A stretch of DNA of 64,000 nucleotides from Felis catus (lineage: Eukaryota). Positions 24,459-36,749 of this stretch are shown in pieces (positions within the stretch are counted from its first letter, which is position 1; each line of letters starts with the position of its first letter). Position numbers and translations under genes: made by a program. The DNA lies in assembly GCF_018350175.1 (NCBI RefSeq), contig NC_058369.1, positions 26,910,001-26,974,000 on the forward strand, written 5' to 3'. The notes beneath the pieces are model-generated. The model worked only from the letters and a program-made list of their open reading frames with translations. It did no database searches and was not told the DNA's origin.

Positions 24459-25658
24459 CAAGCCTGTGCTGCAAACGGGATTCAATATTGGTCACACACG
24501 GATAAGCTCTGTCCATAGTCATTGTCTGGTGACATTCGTTTATGAATAATCTCTTCTGACTAGATTACTGTCAAGGCCCTTCCCTCAGTCAAACTAAATA
24601 AAACGGCTTCAGACTTTGTTACGGTCCCAAAGGAGCACAGTTAGGTCACTTTTCTTTCCTTTTATCCTGTAACCCACACTTATCCCCAATAATGTGAAGC
24701 TATTCAGTTAGAAATTATGTTACTCAGGTTCTGTTTCAGTGTCAGCTGGGAGTGTCACATAGAACCATGGGTGTTAGACTTGGTAGTAGAGGTACTTGTT
24801 GATTGTTTCTGAGGCAATGCCAATGAAGTTCTGAGTCTAAAGCAGAACGGAAGGTTACAGCTCCCATCCTGAAGTTCCCCAAGAGGTGAAGCTCATTGTG
24901 AAGGGAGTGTTGATTTTCCTACTTCACCATCCCTTCCGAGAGGAAGAGGAGAAAGTTCTCCTGCTTTGTGAGCCCTGACCTGAAAACACTATCATCAGAA
25001 AGATGAGTGTCTCTTTCTTGTAAGTGGCATGCTAGACAGCTGCATTGGATATCTGTCTCTGTTCATTGAATTCGCTGCTCAGTTCTCTGAGGAGGCAAGG
25101 AAGAGAAAACTGTTGAGGAAAGCTTTCAGCAGATTTGTAAGAGCCAGCATTTCTTGCCTCTAGAGCTCAGAGCATTTAACTGCTACTCTTCCCCTGGGGG
25201 CCCTTTTCAGGTTCTGGCTTTTTCAGGCGAAGCAAGAGACCCTAATTATTTCACTTTCAATCAATTCTGAAGCCTCAAAGACCAAAATTGTCTCTTCAGA
25301 TCCACTCAGATGCCAAAGAGAGGTGTGGAAAAGAAATTGCTGCCCATCTACCAGCAGCTGTAGACCTCTAAGCCACCTCTTGCTTTCATTTTCTGTGTGG
25401 TCGTCCGGAATTGTTGTTAACACTCAAATAAGTAAAAATAAAATGTTTCAACGGATACCCTGAGAATACAGAAAAAGCTATAGACACTGTGGCAGGATTT
25501 ACTACTATTTATTGACCAGTTCACTTTGCCCTATACAAGGGAGAATTATACAGGACTTGTCTTTGGCCAGTGAGATGTAGTGGAAGTATTTAATTTCCAG
25601 TTCTTGAATCTCCACTTCTTTCTTCTCCAAAGTGTTGAAAATAACATCATCATGAAAC
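24459..25658 (-). pseudogene. Large fossil exon T (about 1.2 kb, or several exons)
   Basis: Repeat-free block richer in GC than its flanks; tttatttacaaag| then FHDDVIFNTLEKKEVEIQELEIKYFHY...; ends KRLFINECHQTMTMDRAYPCVTNIESRLQHRL|gtgagt (consensus donor); many stops and frameshifts inside. Confidence 0.6.
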
Positions 25659-26056
25659 CTTTGTAAATAAACCACCCAAACTTCATCTAAATGTATTATA
25701 CATTTAGACATACCTCAATTTGCTTATTATTATTTTTTTCAGAAAAAAATATAAATGGAATTTTAAAAAGATTCATATGCCCAAAGAAAGTCTTAGGGAA
25801 TTCTTTTGTTTGTCAAATATGTCAGTATGTTTTTTTTTTTTACATTTTCATACCTCGACTGTGTAAAGCAAAGTACATCACGTATTCTTCTTTTCTTAGC
25901 TACTTTTGTAGATTTGTTTTCTAGATGTTTTGTTATTTCACTCATCAAACAAATGCTTACCAAACACCTGTAACATTCAACATGTTGTGCCAAGTCCTGG
26001 GTGTACATGTTTATGTGTAACTGTAGTTGTACCTGAGTATTGTGTGTTAGTTTTGC

Positions 26057-26446
26057 TGTTATGGACTGAATTGTCGCCCTGCAGGATTCATATGTTGAAG
26101 CCCTAACCTTTGATGCGACTGTATTTGCAAGGACTTTTAGGAGGTAATTAAGGTTAAATGAGGTCATAAGGATAGGGTAGTAGCCTTATAAAAAGACAAA
26201 GAGATCTCTCTCCATCTCTCATGTTCTCTACAAGCACATACTGAGGAAAAGTCATGTGAGCACACAGTGAGAAGGCAGCAGGCCAGGAAGTCTGCAAGCT
26301 TGGAAGAAGGTTTTCATCACAACCCAACCATGCTTGCACCCTGATCTTGAACTTGCAACCTCCAGAACTGTGAGGAAATAAAGTTCTATTGTTTAAGCCA
26401 CCTAATCTATGATGTTTTCTTATGACAGCCTGAGCTGACTGAAACA
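26057..26446 (+). mobile_element. MLT1A-type MaLR solo LTR
   Basis: TG...CA ends, tgttatggactgaattgt start, cctccagaactgtgag-aataaa; 5-bp TSD tttgc. Confidence 0.92.
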
Positions 26447-26757
26447 TTTGCCATATCCAGAATTTTGTAACTAGAATATCTGTGAACCTTATAAGAAATA
26501 AATCAAGGGCAACAGAATAACATGGAATTGTACTTTGTACGGCTAACTATAAACTTATGAAATTTGTCATACTAAGCTATTAAAGGGAGAAAACTAAAAG
26601 TCTAAAGAAAAGACAGATAAATTCGTGAAAGTCAGATTCATATTGACATAGTAAGGGAAACCAAGATTCTAAACTTGAGAAGGACAAAATAGGGAAGAAC
26701 AAATCAGTCATTTTTTACCAAACAAGTGCTCAGGCATGTCCTTAGACAGTATATCTC

Positions 26758-26930
26758 ACAGTGTGGTTTCAAACTACCTGCATCAGAATTATGTGGGTGT
26801 GCCTATTGGATACCCAGATCTCAGGACCATGCTGAAGTCACGTTCAGTTTCTCTAAGGTGAAGTCTCAGAATCTTCATTTTAAACATGTTCTCTAAGTGA
26901 TCTTTAGGCACACTGAAGTCTGAGATACCC
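26758..26930. mobile_element. MER5A-like hAT-Charlie relic
   Basis: tgcatcagaatta...agaatcttcattttaaaca...cactgaagtctgaga. Confidence 0.65.
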
Positions 26931-27199
26931 TATTCAGGCATTGTGGGGCGGCATAAAAAATGTTAGTCTTTGTCCCCACACTGAGATGCCTACAGATACA
27001 TGAAATAATGGAGGAATCAAGGTGGTTGTGATCAAGTACTCAAATTTATGATACAGAGTATAAACCAATAGTATTTGTAGAAGAAGAGGACAACAGAGAA
27101 CAGGAAGTAGCTACTAGAGATCTGTTTCCAGCACCCTGAGAACTTAAGAGGGAGCAATGGGACAGTACACCGGGGAATCAAGGAGGCCTCAGAAAGGAA

Positions 27200-27930
27200 G
27201 GAACATGCCATCATCTGGAGAATAAATAAGCTTTCTCCCTTCAACACTTTTTAGAAAAAGACAATAACGGAATAAAACACAGTTTTTATTTCACAAGGAC
27301 AGAGAGCACAGAGAGGTGATAGGAGTAGATGAAACAAACATTTTTGGAAGACAGAAAGCAGATGAAGAGTGATTAGACTAGAAGTATGCCAGTGACCCCT
27401 GGACAGCCTCTGGAGTCTGAGCTCTTGGAAGCATCAAGTACTGCAGAGAGTGGGGGAGAGAGATGTGTAAGGTAGAGAGGGAACATAAGTGGTTGGACCC
27501 TGGCAGGAGCAACAGGCTGATTCTCTGGAGGATGCAAACTGGAGGAGGCTTGCCATCAGCATTAAGCAGAGTGAGTGAAGCACAAGGCAAGGACTGCAAC
27601 AGGGGTTGAGTCAACTTACTGAACAATGAGACTCTCAGTACCTCCTCCTCCCCACTCTGATCTCAGAAATCTGACGGCCAGATGTCTTCCCTCACGCCCT
27701 TCTCAAATCCAAAAATGGATGCTAAAAATTAGTGTAGCAATGCCTTCAGAATGTTAAGAGTATGTGCCCAGTTTCTTAATCAATTAAGAGATTTATCAAG
27801 TAGGATAAATGGTAGAATGAAGATATTTTCAGATATAAGAGTACTGAAAACATTTACCTTCTTAAGAAGTAACTGGAGGGTGCTCTTTAACAAAAACAAG
27901 GGAACAAACCAAGAAAGGAAATTCGGTATG
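27200..27930 (+). mobile_element. Ancient L1ME/HAL1-like 5' and ORF1 fragment
   Basis: gcaatgccttcagaat...GRMKIFSDIRVLKTFT resembles the L1 ORF1 C-terminus. Confidence 0.6.
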
Positions 27931-27947
27931 CATCCCTACAGTGAGAC

Positions 27948-28060
27948 TTAGAGTACAGCTGGCATAGACTGAAACAGACAGGCTGAGGCAAAGGGGATTG
28001 AAGGGAAAACATTTGAACTCAGGTCTTCTGAGGTTTTGAATCTTAGGAGCATTCAATATC
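27948..28060 (-). pseudogene. Fossil exon S (about 113 nt, phase 0 start; donor weak)
   Basis: Acceptor actctttacag| 87 nt downstream of exon R; DIECS*DSKPQKT*VQMFSLQSPLPQPVCFSLCQLYS. Confidence 0.5.
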
Positions 28061-28147
28061 CTGTAAAGAGTCTGCTAGCAGTGTAGCATCCTTCCATTTT
28101 CTTTTTACTTGCTTGGCCCTATGTGAAATAGATGTTTTTATACTTAC

Positions 28148-28187
28148 CTTCTCATCCTTGTTTCTAGTTTCCATTTTTGGAAAAGAT
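28148..28187 (-). pseudogene. Fossil exon R (40 nt, phase 2->0)
   Basis: Acceptor tgcttcttag|, consensus donor AAG|gtaagt; SFPKMETRNKDEK, no stops. Confidence 0.7.
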
Positions 28188-28525
28188 CTAAGAAGCATAC
28201 CTTTCTTTTAGAAATGATATAATCAAACATTATCAGTGATTGAAGTAATTAGTGTAGTTTTCATATCACCATTTGAGTCAGGTAACCTTAACTAAAAAGT
28301 GAAGAAACCAACATTAATATGCAAAAATCTAGGTGATTTTATGTTACCTTTTATTTATAGATATTTTAGGAGTTTACTACAATATTCTCCAGATTGTTCA
28401 CTAACTTAGTAAATTGGAAGGACTGATTTTCCATTTTTATGGGAAAAAAACCAATAACCACCATTTACAGCAAAGAATTTGCACTAGGCAATGCCTTAAA
28501 ATAATTTTGAAATGTATTTATTTAC

Positions 28526-28749
28526 ATCTCAAATATGACTTCTTTCTAAAATGTTCAAAGTCTGATTTCCACAGCTGCAATTAAATGACTTTTTAGGATA
28601 ATGTTTCATTTGGCTGTATTATGTTAATAATCAGCTAGATGATGTATATCTTTTCCATCTTTATGTAACCATGAATTATTCAGAAGTGTTCTCTTGCAAA
28701 TGCAGAGTAGAGGAATTCAGTTCCTTTTCCCCCAAAAGGGTCAGACATG
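28526..28749 (-). pseudogene. Fossil exon Q (224 nt, phase 2->2 with one frameshift)
   Basis: Acceptor tttttttctctctctcttctaaactaaag|, donor GAT|gtaaat; MSDPFGEKELNSSTLHLQENTSE ... NIILKSHLIAAVEIRL*TF*KEVIFE. Confidence 0.65.
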
Positions 28750-28871
28750 CTTTAGTTTAGAAGAGAGAGAGAAAAAAAGTAGATTCTTTCTTTTTCTTTT
28801 TAATCCTTTAAGACTTATCGAAGTGAACAGCAGGAATTTATTTAAATTTACAATAATGAGAAAATGCTCAC

Positions 28872-28918
28872 GTAAACTATAATACATCTACTTGACAAAA
28901 TGATGCAACTCTCAAAAA
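28872..28918 (-). pseudogene. Fossil exon P (47 nt, phase 0->2)
   Basis: Acceptor tctttccaaccattag|, donor TAC|gtgagc; FLRVASFCQVDVL*F. Confidence 0.55.
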
Positions 28919-29349
28919 CTAATGGTTGGAAAGACAACATAGTTGTATGGAAAGATGTTTGTATAAAAAATAAGTGAACAAAAACATGATATAAAAATGA
29001 ATGCACAATGGAATTTCAATTAAAAATAGTCACCAGAAAAAATTCTAGAAGAAAATACAATAGTAATGACAGTCATATTACTATGGTAGGATTATAGGTG
29101 ATATTTTTCTTCTCTATGTTTTCCAATTTTTTTAATGTTATATTATTTTTATAATGAGAAAAAACAAGCAAACCAGCACACCCTTATTTAATTACTAGTG
29201 GTTTTGATAAACCAGGTTGTGTGCTGAGGATATAACAATGAAAACATATGGTTAGTGATATATAAAATATATCAAGTTTTCCCTGGTGATACTAAAATGT
29301 ATACATTTAATATAAATTTCATTGAGATCTTATTAAGGAGAAATGTCAT

Positions 29350-29515
29350 TAATTAAATACTCAGTAGGTGCTTTTCATGTGTACCTTGTCCAGTCCACTC
29401 AACAATCATATGAAGAAGATGATTCTCTTTTTATGGACAGGAAGTATGTCTCAGAGAAACTATGCAACTTGTTTGAAGTGGTATAGTTAATAATAAGAAA
29501 TTGAGTCTGGCCCGA
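29350..29515 (-). mobile_element. MIR fragment
   Basis: ttttatggacaggaagtatgtctcagagaaactatgcaacttg. Confidence 0.55.
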
Positions 29516-29529
29516 TTGGAAGTCCATTC

Positions 29530-30950
29530 TTAGTCATTTAACAATAACTTATTAAGTACTGACTATGTACCAGAAATTGTTTTAGATTAAGAATTTTGAA
29601 ATGAACACAGCAAAGACCCTGCCCTCATGGACCTTACATTCTAGTGTGAGGAGATATAAACACAAATGAGTGGCAGGAGTTGTATTAGAAGCTGAAAAGT
29701 GCTTTAGAGACAAATAAGGCAGATAAAGGGGCTAAGGAGGCAGAGTAGAGAGGGGTTGCAATTTTGAATAGGATGATCAGGAAAGGCCTGACTGAGAAAG
29801 CAGTGTTTGAACAGAAGCCTGAAGGAGTTGAGGGAAGGATCCCAACTCTGCAGAAGAGCATTTCAGGCAGAGGAGACAGTAAGTATAATGGGCTTGAGAT
29901 GAAAGCATGCCTAGAGGAACAGCAAGGACACCAGCGTGACTATAGCTATGGAACAGTGAGTAGAGTGGAACAAAATGAGATAAAGGAAGATAGTAGGGAG
30001 CCAGAGACTTTGAACTTTGTAGGGCATTATCAAGACAGGAAACCACTGGAGGGTTTTGAGCAGAGGAGTTGCTTTATTTGACTTAGTTTTCAAAGGATCA
30101 TCGCAGCTGCCATGTGCAGAAAAGTCTGTAGGGGGATCAGAGTTGAGGCAGGAGACCCTTTGGAGGCTACTGCAGTGAGAGATGATCGTCACTTGTGCCA
30201 GAATAGGAGTGGGGGGCTGTCAAGAACTGTCAGGGCCTGAGATTTTATCCTACTGCTTATCTGCAAGCTATCAAGTTAGCCAATTTCTTGCATGCTGGCA
30301 GAAAATATGAGTTTTATGGATCAGAGACAAAGGACTTTATTTCTCATGACGTAGTAGTTAGCCCGTGCTTCATATTTGTTTCATCTCTTTTGTCCACCCT
30401 GTCTCATGGGGGGGTATAGAGTGGCTCAAGTGGACACTGTATACAGTGGGTTTGTGTTACGGCTGAGGGACCCTAAGTTTAGGAAATCCCAATCTTTTAT
30501 AATGGATGAAAAGCAAACTTGCCTAACCTCTGCTCTCTTTATTAATATTGACAAAAACAAATGTGCCCTCTGTTCCAGAGGGAATACTATCTTCTAAGGC
30601 TTTTTGATATCCAAACCTCCTTGGAAATATAGTCTAGAACAAGAGCTACCAGGGCCTTCCCTTGTAAAATAAGCAAAAATGTTAAAAAAAAAAAAAACAT
30701 GGAGAATTGTCTCCCAACAAGGATGTAGTATGAAGTGGCTGTGTTCTAGAGGTATTTTTTAGTTAGAACCCATATCAGATGTAAGAGAAAGAGACTCCAG
30801 AATGACACTATGGTTTTTACCAGGCACTATACTAGATGCTGGGGATATGGTGGCCAATGAGACATTCCAGGTCTTGGCCACCATGGAGCTTACCTTCCCG
30901 TAAGAAAGAGAGAGACCCAAAACAGGTATGCATGCCAAATAAGTGTAATG
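29530..30950 (-). mobile_element. L2 LINE interrupted by an LTR
   Basis: ccctgccctcatggaccttacattctagtg, ggaaaccactggagggttttgagcagagga. Confidence 0.8.
30218..30719 (-). mobile_element. ERV-type solo LTR (MER90-like, subfamily uncertain)
   Basis: Minus-strand start tgttgggagacaattctccatg, end ttcttgaca; splits the L2. Confidence 0.7.
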
Positions 30951-31110
30951 ATTGACCTACTTTATATATAGTTTCTGGAAATTTCAGCTGTGCAAAAATA
31001 TGTTGTTTTATTGAAACCAGATAAAGTTACAAGCAGGATAGAAAGGGAAGAGGTAGATTAGACCCCATAGATGAAGTCAAGTGTGCTTGCTCTTAGAATT
31101 AATTTTATCC

Positions 31111-31324
31111 CGGGGCGCCTGGGTGGCGCAGTCGGTTAAGCATCCGGCTTCAGCCAGGTCACGATCTCGCGGTCTGTGAGTTCGAGTCCCGCGTCGGGCT
31201 CCGGGCTGATGGCTCAGAGCCTGGAGCCTGTTTCCGATTCTGTGTCTCCCTCTCTCTCTGCCCCTCCCCCGTTCATGCTCTGTCTCTTTCTGTCCCAAAA
31301 ATAAATAAAAACGTTGAAAAAAAT
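31111..31324 (+). mobile_element. Young felid SINEC_Fc
   Basis: CpG-rich; perfect 18-bp TSD ttagaattaattttatcc at 31093 and 31325. Confidence 0.97.
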
Positions 31325-31604
31325 TTAGAATTAATTTTATCCTTTTCATCTTTTTTTTTTTTTTTTTTTTTTAAGAAATAGAATTTCCTTGAGTTTGTAC
31401 TTTCTTGCAGTGGACACATTTAGAATCATTAGCAACCTAGACTTGCTTAATTTGGAAGACAAACATTGAAATTTTAAAAGATTTCTATTTTAGGAATAAA
31501 ATTATTTTACTTTGCTTGCTTTATAGACATACATTTGGAGGTTGACTGTAATGAGCTATTGTCATTGATGGAAAAGCCATCCATCATCAATTTTATTTCT
31601 TAGT

Positions 31605-31755
31605 GGTTAGTTGTCTGTCCCTACCAATTAGAATAGATGCTTGAGGCAGAGATTGTTTTGTCTGTGGATATATTCTCAGTTCTTAGAATACAGCCTGGCA
31701 AATAACGTGTTTATAAGTATTTTTTAATGAATGAATGAATGAATGAATGAATGAT
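31605..31755 (+). mobile_element. L2 3' end with (TGAA)n tail
   Basis: cttagaatacagcctggca...tgaatgaatgaatg. Confidence 0.8.
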
Positions 31756-31977
31756 ACACATATTATTTTGTATTCTGCTTGTAATAAATTCCTTCCTTTA
31801 GTATTTGTTTCATTTGCAGAATCTTTGATGTCTGCTTTCTATCACTTTTTTTTTTGTACCATAACCATTCTTTAAGTATTGGACAGTTAGATGTTTCCTA
31901 AATGTTTGCAATGATACAAAATACTGAAGTAATGTTTTATGCACATTCACTTTTAGATTTATTTGGAATTATCTCTC

Positions 31978-32197
31978 TCTTTTTTAAGTGTTTATTTATT
32001 TTGAGAGAGAGAGAGAGAGCGAGCAAGTGCACAAGAGCAGGGGGCAGGCAGAGAGAGAGAGGGAGAGAGAATCCCAAGTGGGCTCAGTGCCATTAGTGGA
32101 GTGCCTGACATGGGGCTTGATCTCACACACTGTGAGAACATAACCTGAGCCAAAATCAAGAGTTGGCCACCAAACCCCTGAGCCACCCAAGCACTCC
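31978..32197 (-). mobile_element. CanSINE
   Basis: Typical body. Confidence 0.9.
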
Positions 32198-32380
32198 TTG
32201 AATACTTCTTTAGTAGAAATTTGAAGGAGTGGGTCAAAGGTACTAAAATCATCTTTTGCTCCCTCTGTCCCTCTATGTTGTATTTTCCCAAAGAGTATAA
32301 ACAGGTTTCAGTGGATGAAGGTTTATGTTTGATCTCAAACTAGAATTCATTAACAATTAATTGTTATGTTTTTTAAGCAC

Positions 32381-32381
<1 letters not shown>

Positions 32382-32415
<34 letters not shown>
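32382..32415. repeat. (TG)n microsatellite
   Basis: Directly visible. Confidence 0.97.
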
Positions 32416-32417
<2 letters not shown>

Positions 32418-33022
32418 GTAGAGTATCAAGTATGTTTTCATTAGCATTTATTTGATGTTTCCTGATGTATACATCTTCATGTTCATTTATTAGTATTTTT
32501 TTAAGTCTAGTGTGAGCTGTCTGTTAATGTACTTTGTTCAGTAGATCTGCTTGTTGAATTATCCACTTCATAAGTTCTAGACAGAATTATGACATTTCGG
32601 TTTTTAGCACAGCTTCACAAAAGTTCTGGTCAGGCTCAGAGGGGGAAAGGTGAGAGGGAGGGGGCTCTTTGGAACTCATATCCAGGCCTTGGGGAGCCTC
32701 ATGAGGAGGGCCTTCTGGAACCACCATTGATGACAGATATCCCTCTCTCAACAGATATCTATTGTGCTTGCTACTATGTAAGTGGAAAAATAAATATCTA
32801 ATTACACTGTGTTAGAAGTATGACAAAAATAGGGTGCAGTAAGAGACAATAATGAGGAAGGGTTGAGTGTCTGGAAACTCTACTCACATCAGGAGTGCGT
32901 TTTTGAGGAAGTGGCATTTTACCTTAAACCTGAAGGAAAAGATATCCACAAGGTATCTAGGATGTCATATATCTGGCAGAAGCACAGTGTAAAATGCCAT
33001 TACTACAGCTTGCAGGAGAAAC

Positions 33023-33430
33023 CCGTTGGGCTGAGCCATAACATCCTGTGGGTCAGGAAGTTGCTTTCATCTTGGTATCATTCAAGATGACTGTGCCAAG
33101 CCAGATGGATGAAAGAATGATATTGCTCAAGTTCCTTGCATGCCTGACCACTTAGTGGGATATAGCAAATACCTGTGCTTGTTTGAGGATCAAATAATAA
33201 AAGAATCACTGTGTGTCATTTCCCCTGTTCTTTCCATATGATTGAAATAGTTACAATAATTAGAATTCGGAAGAGCCCACTCTCTCCTGATTTTATGAAT
33301 CATGCTGAAAGAGCAGCTAACACAGCATAATACACAATACAGTCATAATGCAGTCTGCATAAAAGCAGTCTCAAGTCACATAAATGCTTTATAAAAAGTC
33401 CCTGTCTCTACACAAGGTCTTCTACAGTAT
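33023..33430 (-). pseudogene. Possible fossil exon(s) O2, boundaries unclear
   Basis: Non-repeat sequence with protein-like pieces FIKHLCDLRLLLCRLHYDCIVYYAVLAALSA, MIHKIRREWALPNSNY, ACKELEQYHSFIHLAWHSHLE in shifting frames. Confidence 0.35.
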
Positions 33431-34774
33431 GTAGGGACAATGAAAATCAGTATCTGATAGCTGACTTCATCTGGCTTTCTAAGTTTGATTACTACTTTCA
33501 TCATTTTGTCTTACCCATTTAAGCTTATTCTTAATAAATGGACAATTGAGGCCCAGTCTCTTTTAGAGGTAAGAAGGGTTTGAAGCCATCTTGCTGTTAC
33601 TGTTAATTTAAATAATCCTCAAAAGTCCACATTGCATTAGAGAATACTGCCATGTGTAAAATAGATTTTATTTTCTGAACATTTAGCAGTTTATTTTACA
33701 ATCTGCATGTAACCCTCTATTACACTCTGTAATGTCTGAGGAGGTATGCATGTTCAGTCCATTGCCAGAAAAAATACAATCTTACTAATAGCTGACTGCA
33801 AGCATTCTGAGAGTCCAGAGTATGATGCCAAATTTTTAATTCTGTTCTCATTATGCTCTTTTAGCCTGACTCTAGGTCCCTTTTCTCCCTAGTGATCTCC
33901 CCCTTCCTCCCTTCTTCTTTTACTCCTCTACCCTCCCCATTGGTCAGAGCTGGGGAAACCAGTGTTCCTGGGTCTATTCTGGAAGGTGATGAGGAATCAG
34001 AGTTGGTGGCACCTCACAGCCCTCCGTGGGATTTGGCTTAAACTTTTCAGATTCCTTGGAATGGAATCTGTTACATAAAACCAACCTCTCTGGTGTTAAG
34101 AGCACAGCCCTCATAGCACAACTCTGATGTAACTGTGTCAAAAAAAAAAACAACAACAAAACAACAAAAAACAAAACAACAAAAAAACCAAAAAAAAAAA
34201 CCCAACCTCCCTTCACCAAGAGGGAGGCTAAGCAGGAAAGAAAGGGTGCAGGGGACAGAGAACCTGAGTCTGTCACAAGTGGTCTACCAGAGTTCTTTGA
34301 AGTCCATTTATTCCATGGTAAACCTCTCACAGCCACTTCCCCAAAAACACATCTTTACTAAAAAAAAAATGCTTTCTAGGTTCCCAGAAAGCAATCACAG
34401 TTCCAACACAGCAAAGAAATTTAGTGAGGCAAGGACAATCAAGTTATCTGCACATTCAATAAAAATGGCTTGGGCACTTGTCTTTTCTAAGTTTTTTTTT
34501 TTTTTTTGTAATGTATGTAAAAGAAATTAAGCCAACAATGACACATAGTTTTAGTTAATAGATGGGAAGAAAACCTATTTATTTTTAGAAGCTGCTCTTT
34601 GTTAATCTGAAAGGTCCATTTAAAATTATAGTTGCACTGATAACAGCACTGTTAACTTGATAGCAAAAATAACTACAACATAAGGTTTCAGGCCCTGTCC
34701 CACTCTCCAGGAGCTCTCTCTCCACACCCTTGCAGTGGGGTTCTCAGGAACTCATTCTCATACAAAGGGCAAAC

Positions 34775-34908
34775 CAGACACTGAGCTGAATTCAAGCTTT
34801 CATTCTTCCAAGTGCGATCCATCATTGAAAAATGTGTCAGTGACACTGTTCAAAGCTTAACGTCTTGCTGCATTCAAACTTAACTTTTGCAAAATAAAAG
34901 TGGCTTGT
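34775..34908 (-). pseudogene. Possible fossil exon O (134 nt, phase 1->0)
   Basis: aatttag| ... CTG|gtttgc; TVSLTHFSMMDRTWKNESLNSAQCL, 3 stops. Confidence 0.4.
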
Positions 34909-35135
34909 CTAAATTTTCTAAATATGTATTCATGAAAGCCTAATTATCTAGATTTTTTTTCTGAAAATGGAATTTTAAAGTTATACCACGGCTAAGAATT
35001 TGTACCCATTTCTCTTGATGTGATTGATGTTTTTCAAAGAGACAGCCAATGAGGCTTTATAGCAAGCTTTACTTTAGGAAGTGAATAACTTTTTCTTTTG
35101 TAAACTATATAAAAAAGGTGCTACATATTATGTAC

Positions 35136-35372
35136 CAAGAAAGGTAGTTGTTTTTCCCCCAAAGTGCCAAAAAATCTCTTTCATCTCCTGGCGTGCTCTC
35201 AAGCTCATTACTGCTTCAATATTTGAACTTGTCACCTCTCCAAACTCATCTAGTTGCATTTCATCATCTTTTGACAAATCTTAAGGTTGCTAAAGCTCCT
35301 TTGGATTTCTATAAAAGCTCATTCTTTGCGATTCAGAAAGCTTCTTTAAATCTAATTTTCTTAGCATATTTT
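35136..35372 (-). pseudogene. Fossil exon N (about 237 nt, phase 1->1; acceptor AG lost)
   Basis: NMLRKLDLKKLSESQRMSFYRNPKEL*QP*DLSKDDEMQLDEFGEVTSSNIEAVMSLRARQEMKEIFWHFGGKTTTFL; donor TTG|gtacat; pyrimidine tract ttggtttgttttata without AG. Confidence 0.75.
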
Positions 35373-35680
35373 TATAAAACAAACCAATAAAAGGATGACC
35401 ACACTTTAAATAGAATACCTGTCCATATTTCAATGTTTGTTAAAACATTTTGTTCACTTCCAACTTTCTATTAGAACTTCTTTTTTTTTTTCCTCTGCCC
35501 CTAAGTCTGTGAGGAGATGCTAATCTTCCTTAACATCTCATAAGAAACAAAGAGCAGAAGACCCTGGGGAGCCAGCATTTCCAGTAGTGGATACTATTGA
35601 GAAACCCAGTTAGGCCCAGAACTCTTCAACTCCATGAATTGGCAACTCCACCACCACCTTCTTTTCTTTTCTTTGCCCAC

Positions 35681-35774
35681 CTTTGGAGAATTTCTTCCCT
35701 TCAAACATTCCCTTTCATGTAACGTTTAGGTTTTCTGAATACAGTGCTGTGAATTACTGTCGCTGTTCTTGTAC
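35681..35774 (-). pseudogene. Fossil exon M (94 nt, phase 0->1)
   Basis: Acceptor tctttctttacgccttcaag|, donor AAG|gtgggc; VQEQRQ*FTALYSENLNVT*KGMFEGKKFSK. Confidence 0.65.
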
Positions 35775-36112
35775 CTTGAAGGCGTAAAGAAAGACTGGCT
35801 TTAAATGTGTCTGTTCAAGTGTTCCCAAGCTGGAACCCAGGCCGACTAGGCCCAGTAAATATTGCTAGAACAGAGTCCAGTGTATTCTGCAGAGCCAACA
35901 GACAACATTTCATGTTCAAAGGAACATTGCTGGGCTCATGCCTTTCTGTGGAGGAGCCAGAGCTTTTCCCTCTGAGCCTACCTGCTACACAGCTACAGCA
36001 ATCCCCTGGCGAGAGGCAGCCTGCATTTACTTAACACTGGCTCCCTTCCGTATCATTTGTTTGAATGGATTAGAAGAGCACTCCTCTCTGTACCAGCTCA
36101 TCTCTCAATTTA

Positions 36113-36324
36113 AAAAAATTTTTTAATGTTTATTTATTTTTGAGAAAGAGAGGCAGAGTGCAAGCTGGGGAGGGGCAGAGAGAGAGGGACACACAGAATC
36201 CAAAGCAGGCTTCAGGCTCTGAGCTGTCAGCACAGAGACTAACACGGGCTCGAACCCATGAACTGTGAGATCATGACCTGAGCTGAAGTCAGACTCTTAA
36301 CCAACTAAGCCACCCAGGCGCCCC
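36113..36324 (-). mobile_element. CanSINE
   Basis: TSD ctcatctctcaattta at 36097 and 36327. Confidence 0.96.
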
Positions 36325-36749
36325 ATCTCATCTCTCAATTTAGATAGAAGAATATCCGTCTCAAAGCCTTTGGCCTCTTTCAAAGATGTACCTCTGTGGT
36401 TTGGATGCTGTTTTGAAGGTACGACAGGGTCAGCTGGGAAAACCAAGGACCCACAATAGGTTCCATTCTCAAATGGCCACTAAAGTGAAACACCTTAGGA
36501 TCCCTCGGTGAGAACAAAGAGGTCCCTAAATTCACAGAAGTGTTTCCAGAGGAAATGAAAACATTTTTAATGAAATGACAACATTTTAGTCTTTATATAC
36601 AGAAATTGAGTAAGTGTTCCTTCTGTGGGAGTGTTCCTTCTGTAAGTGTTCCCTCTCTGAGCAGGGGTAAGGGATAGGGAACCACTCCAAACACCTGGGG
36701 AAAACTTATTAACACTTTGGAGAAGTCACCAAAGAATGATAAATACTGC

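Noticed and set aside
24500..24555. LFINECH as a helicase DExH motif (GREB1-like)
   Set aside because: Lacks the aspartate, and no Walker A or other helicase motifs were seen
31111..31190. tRNA-like sequences with A/B boxes
   Set aside because: Heads of tRNA-derived CanSINEs with (CT)n, A-tails and TSDs
33974..34530. 120-aa and 131-aa ORFs
   Set aside because: Driven by an A-rich low-complexity tract
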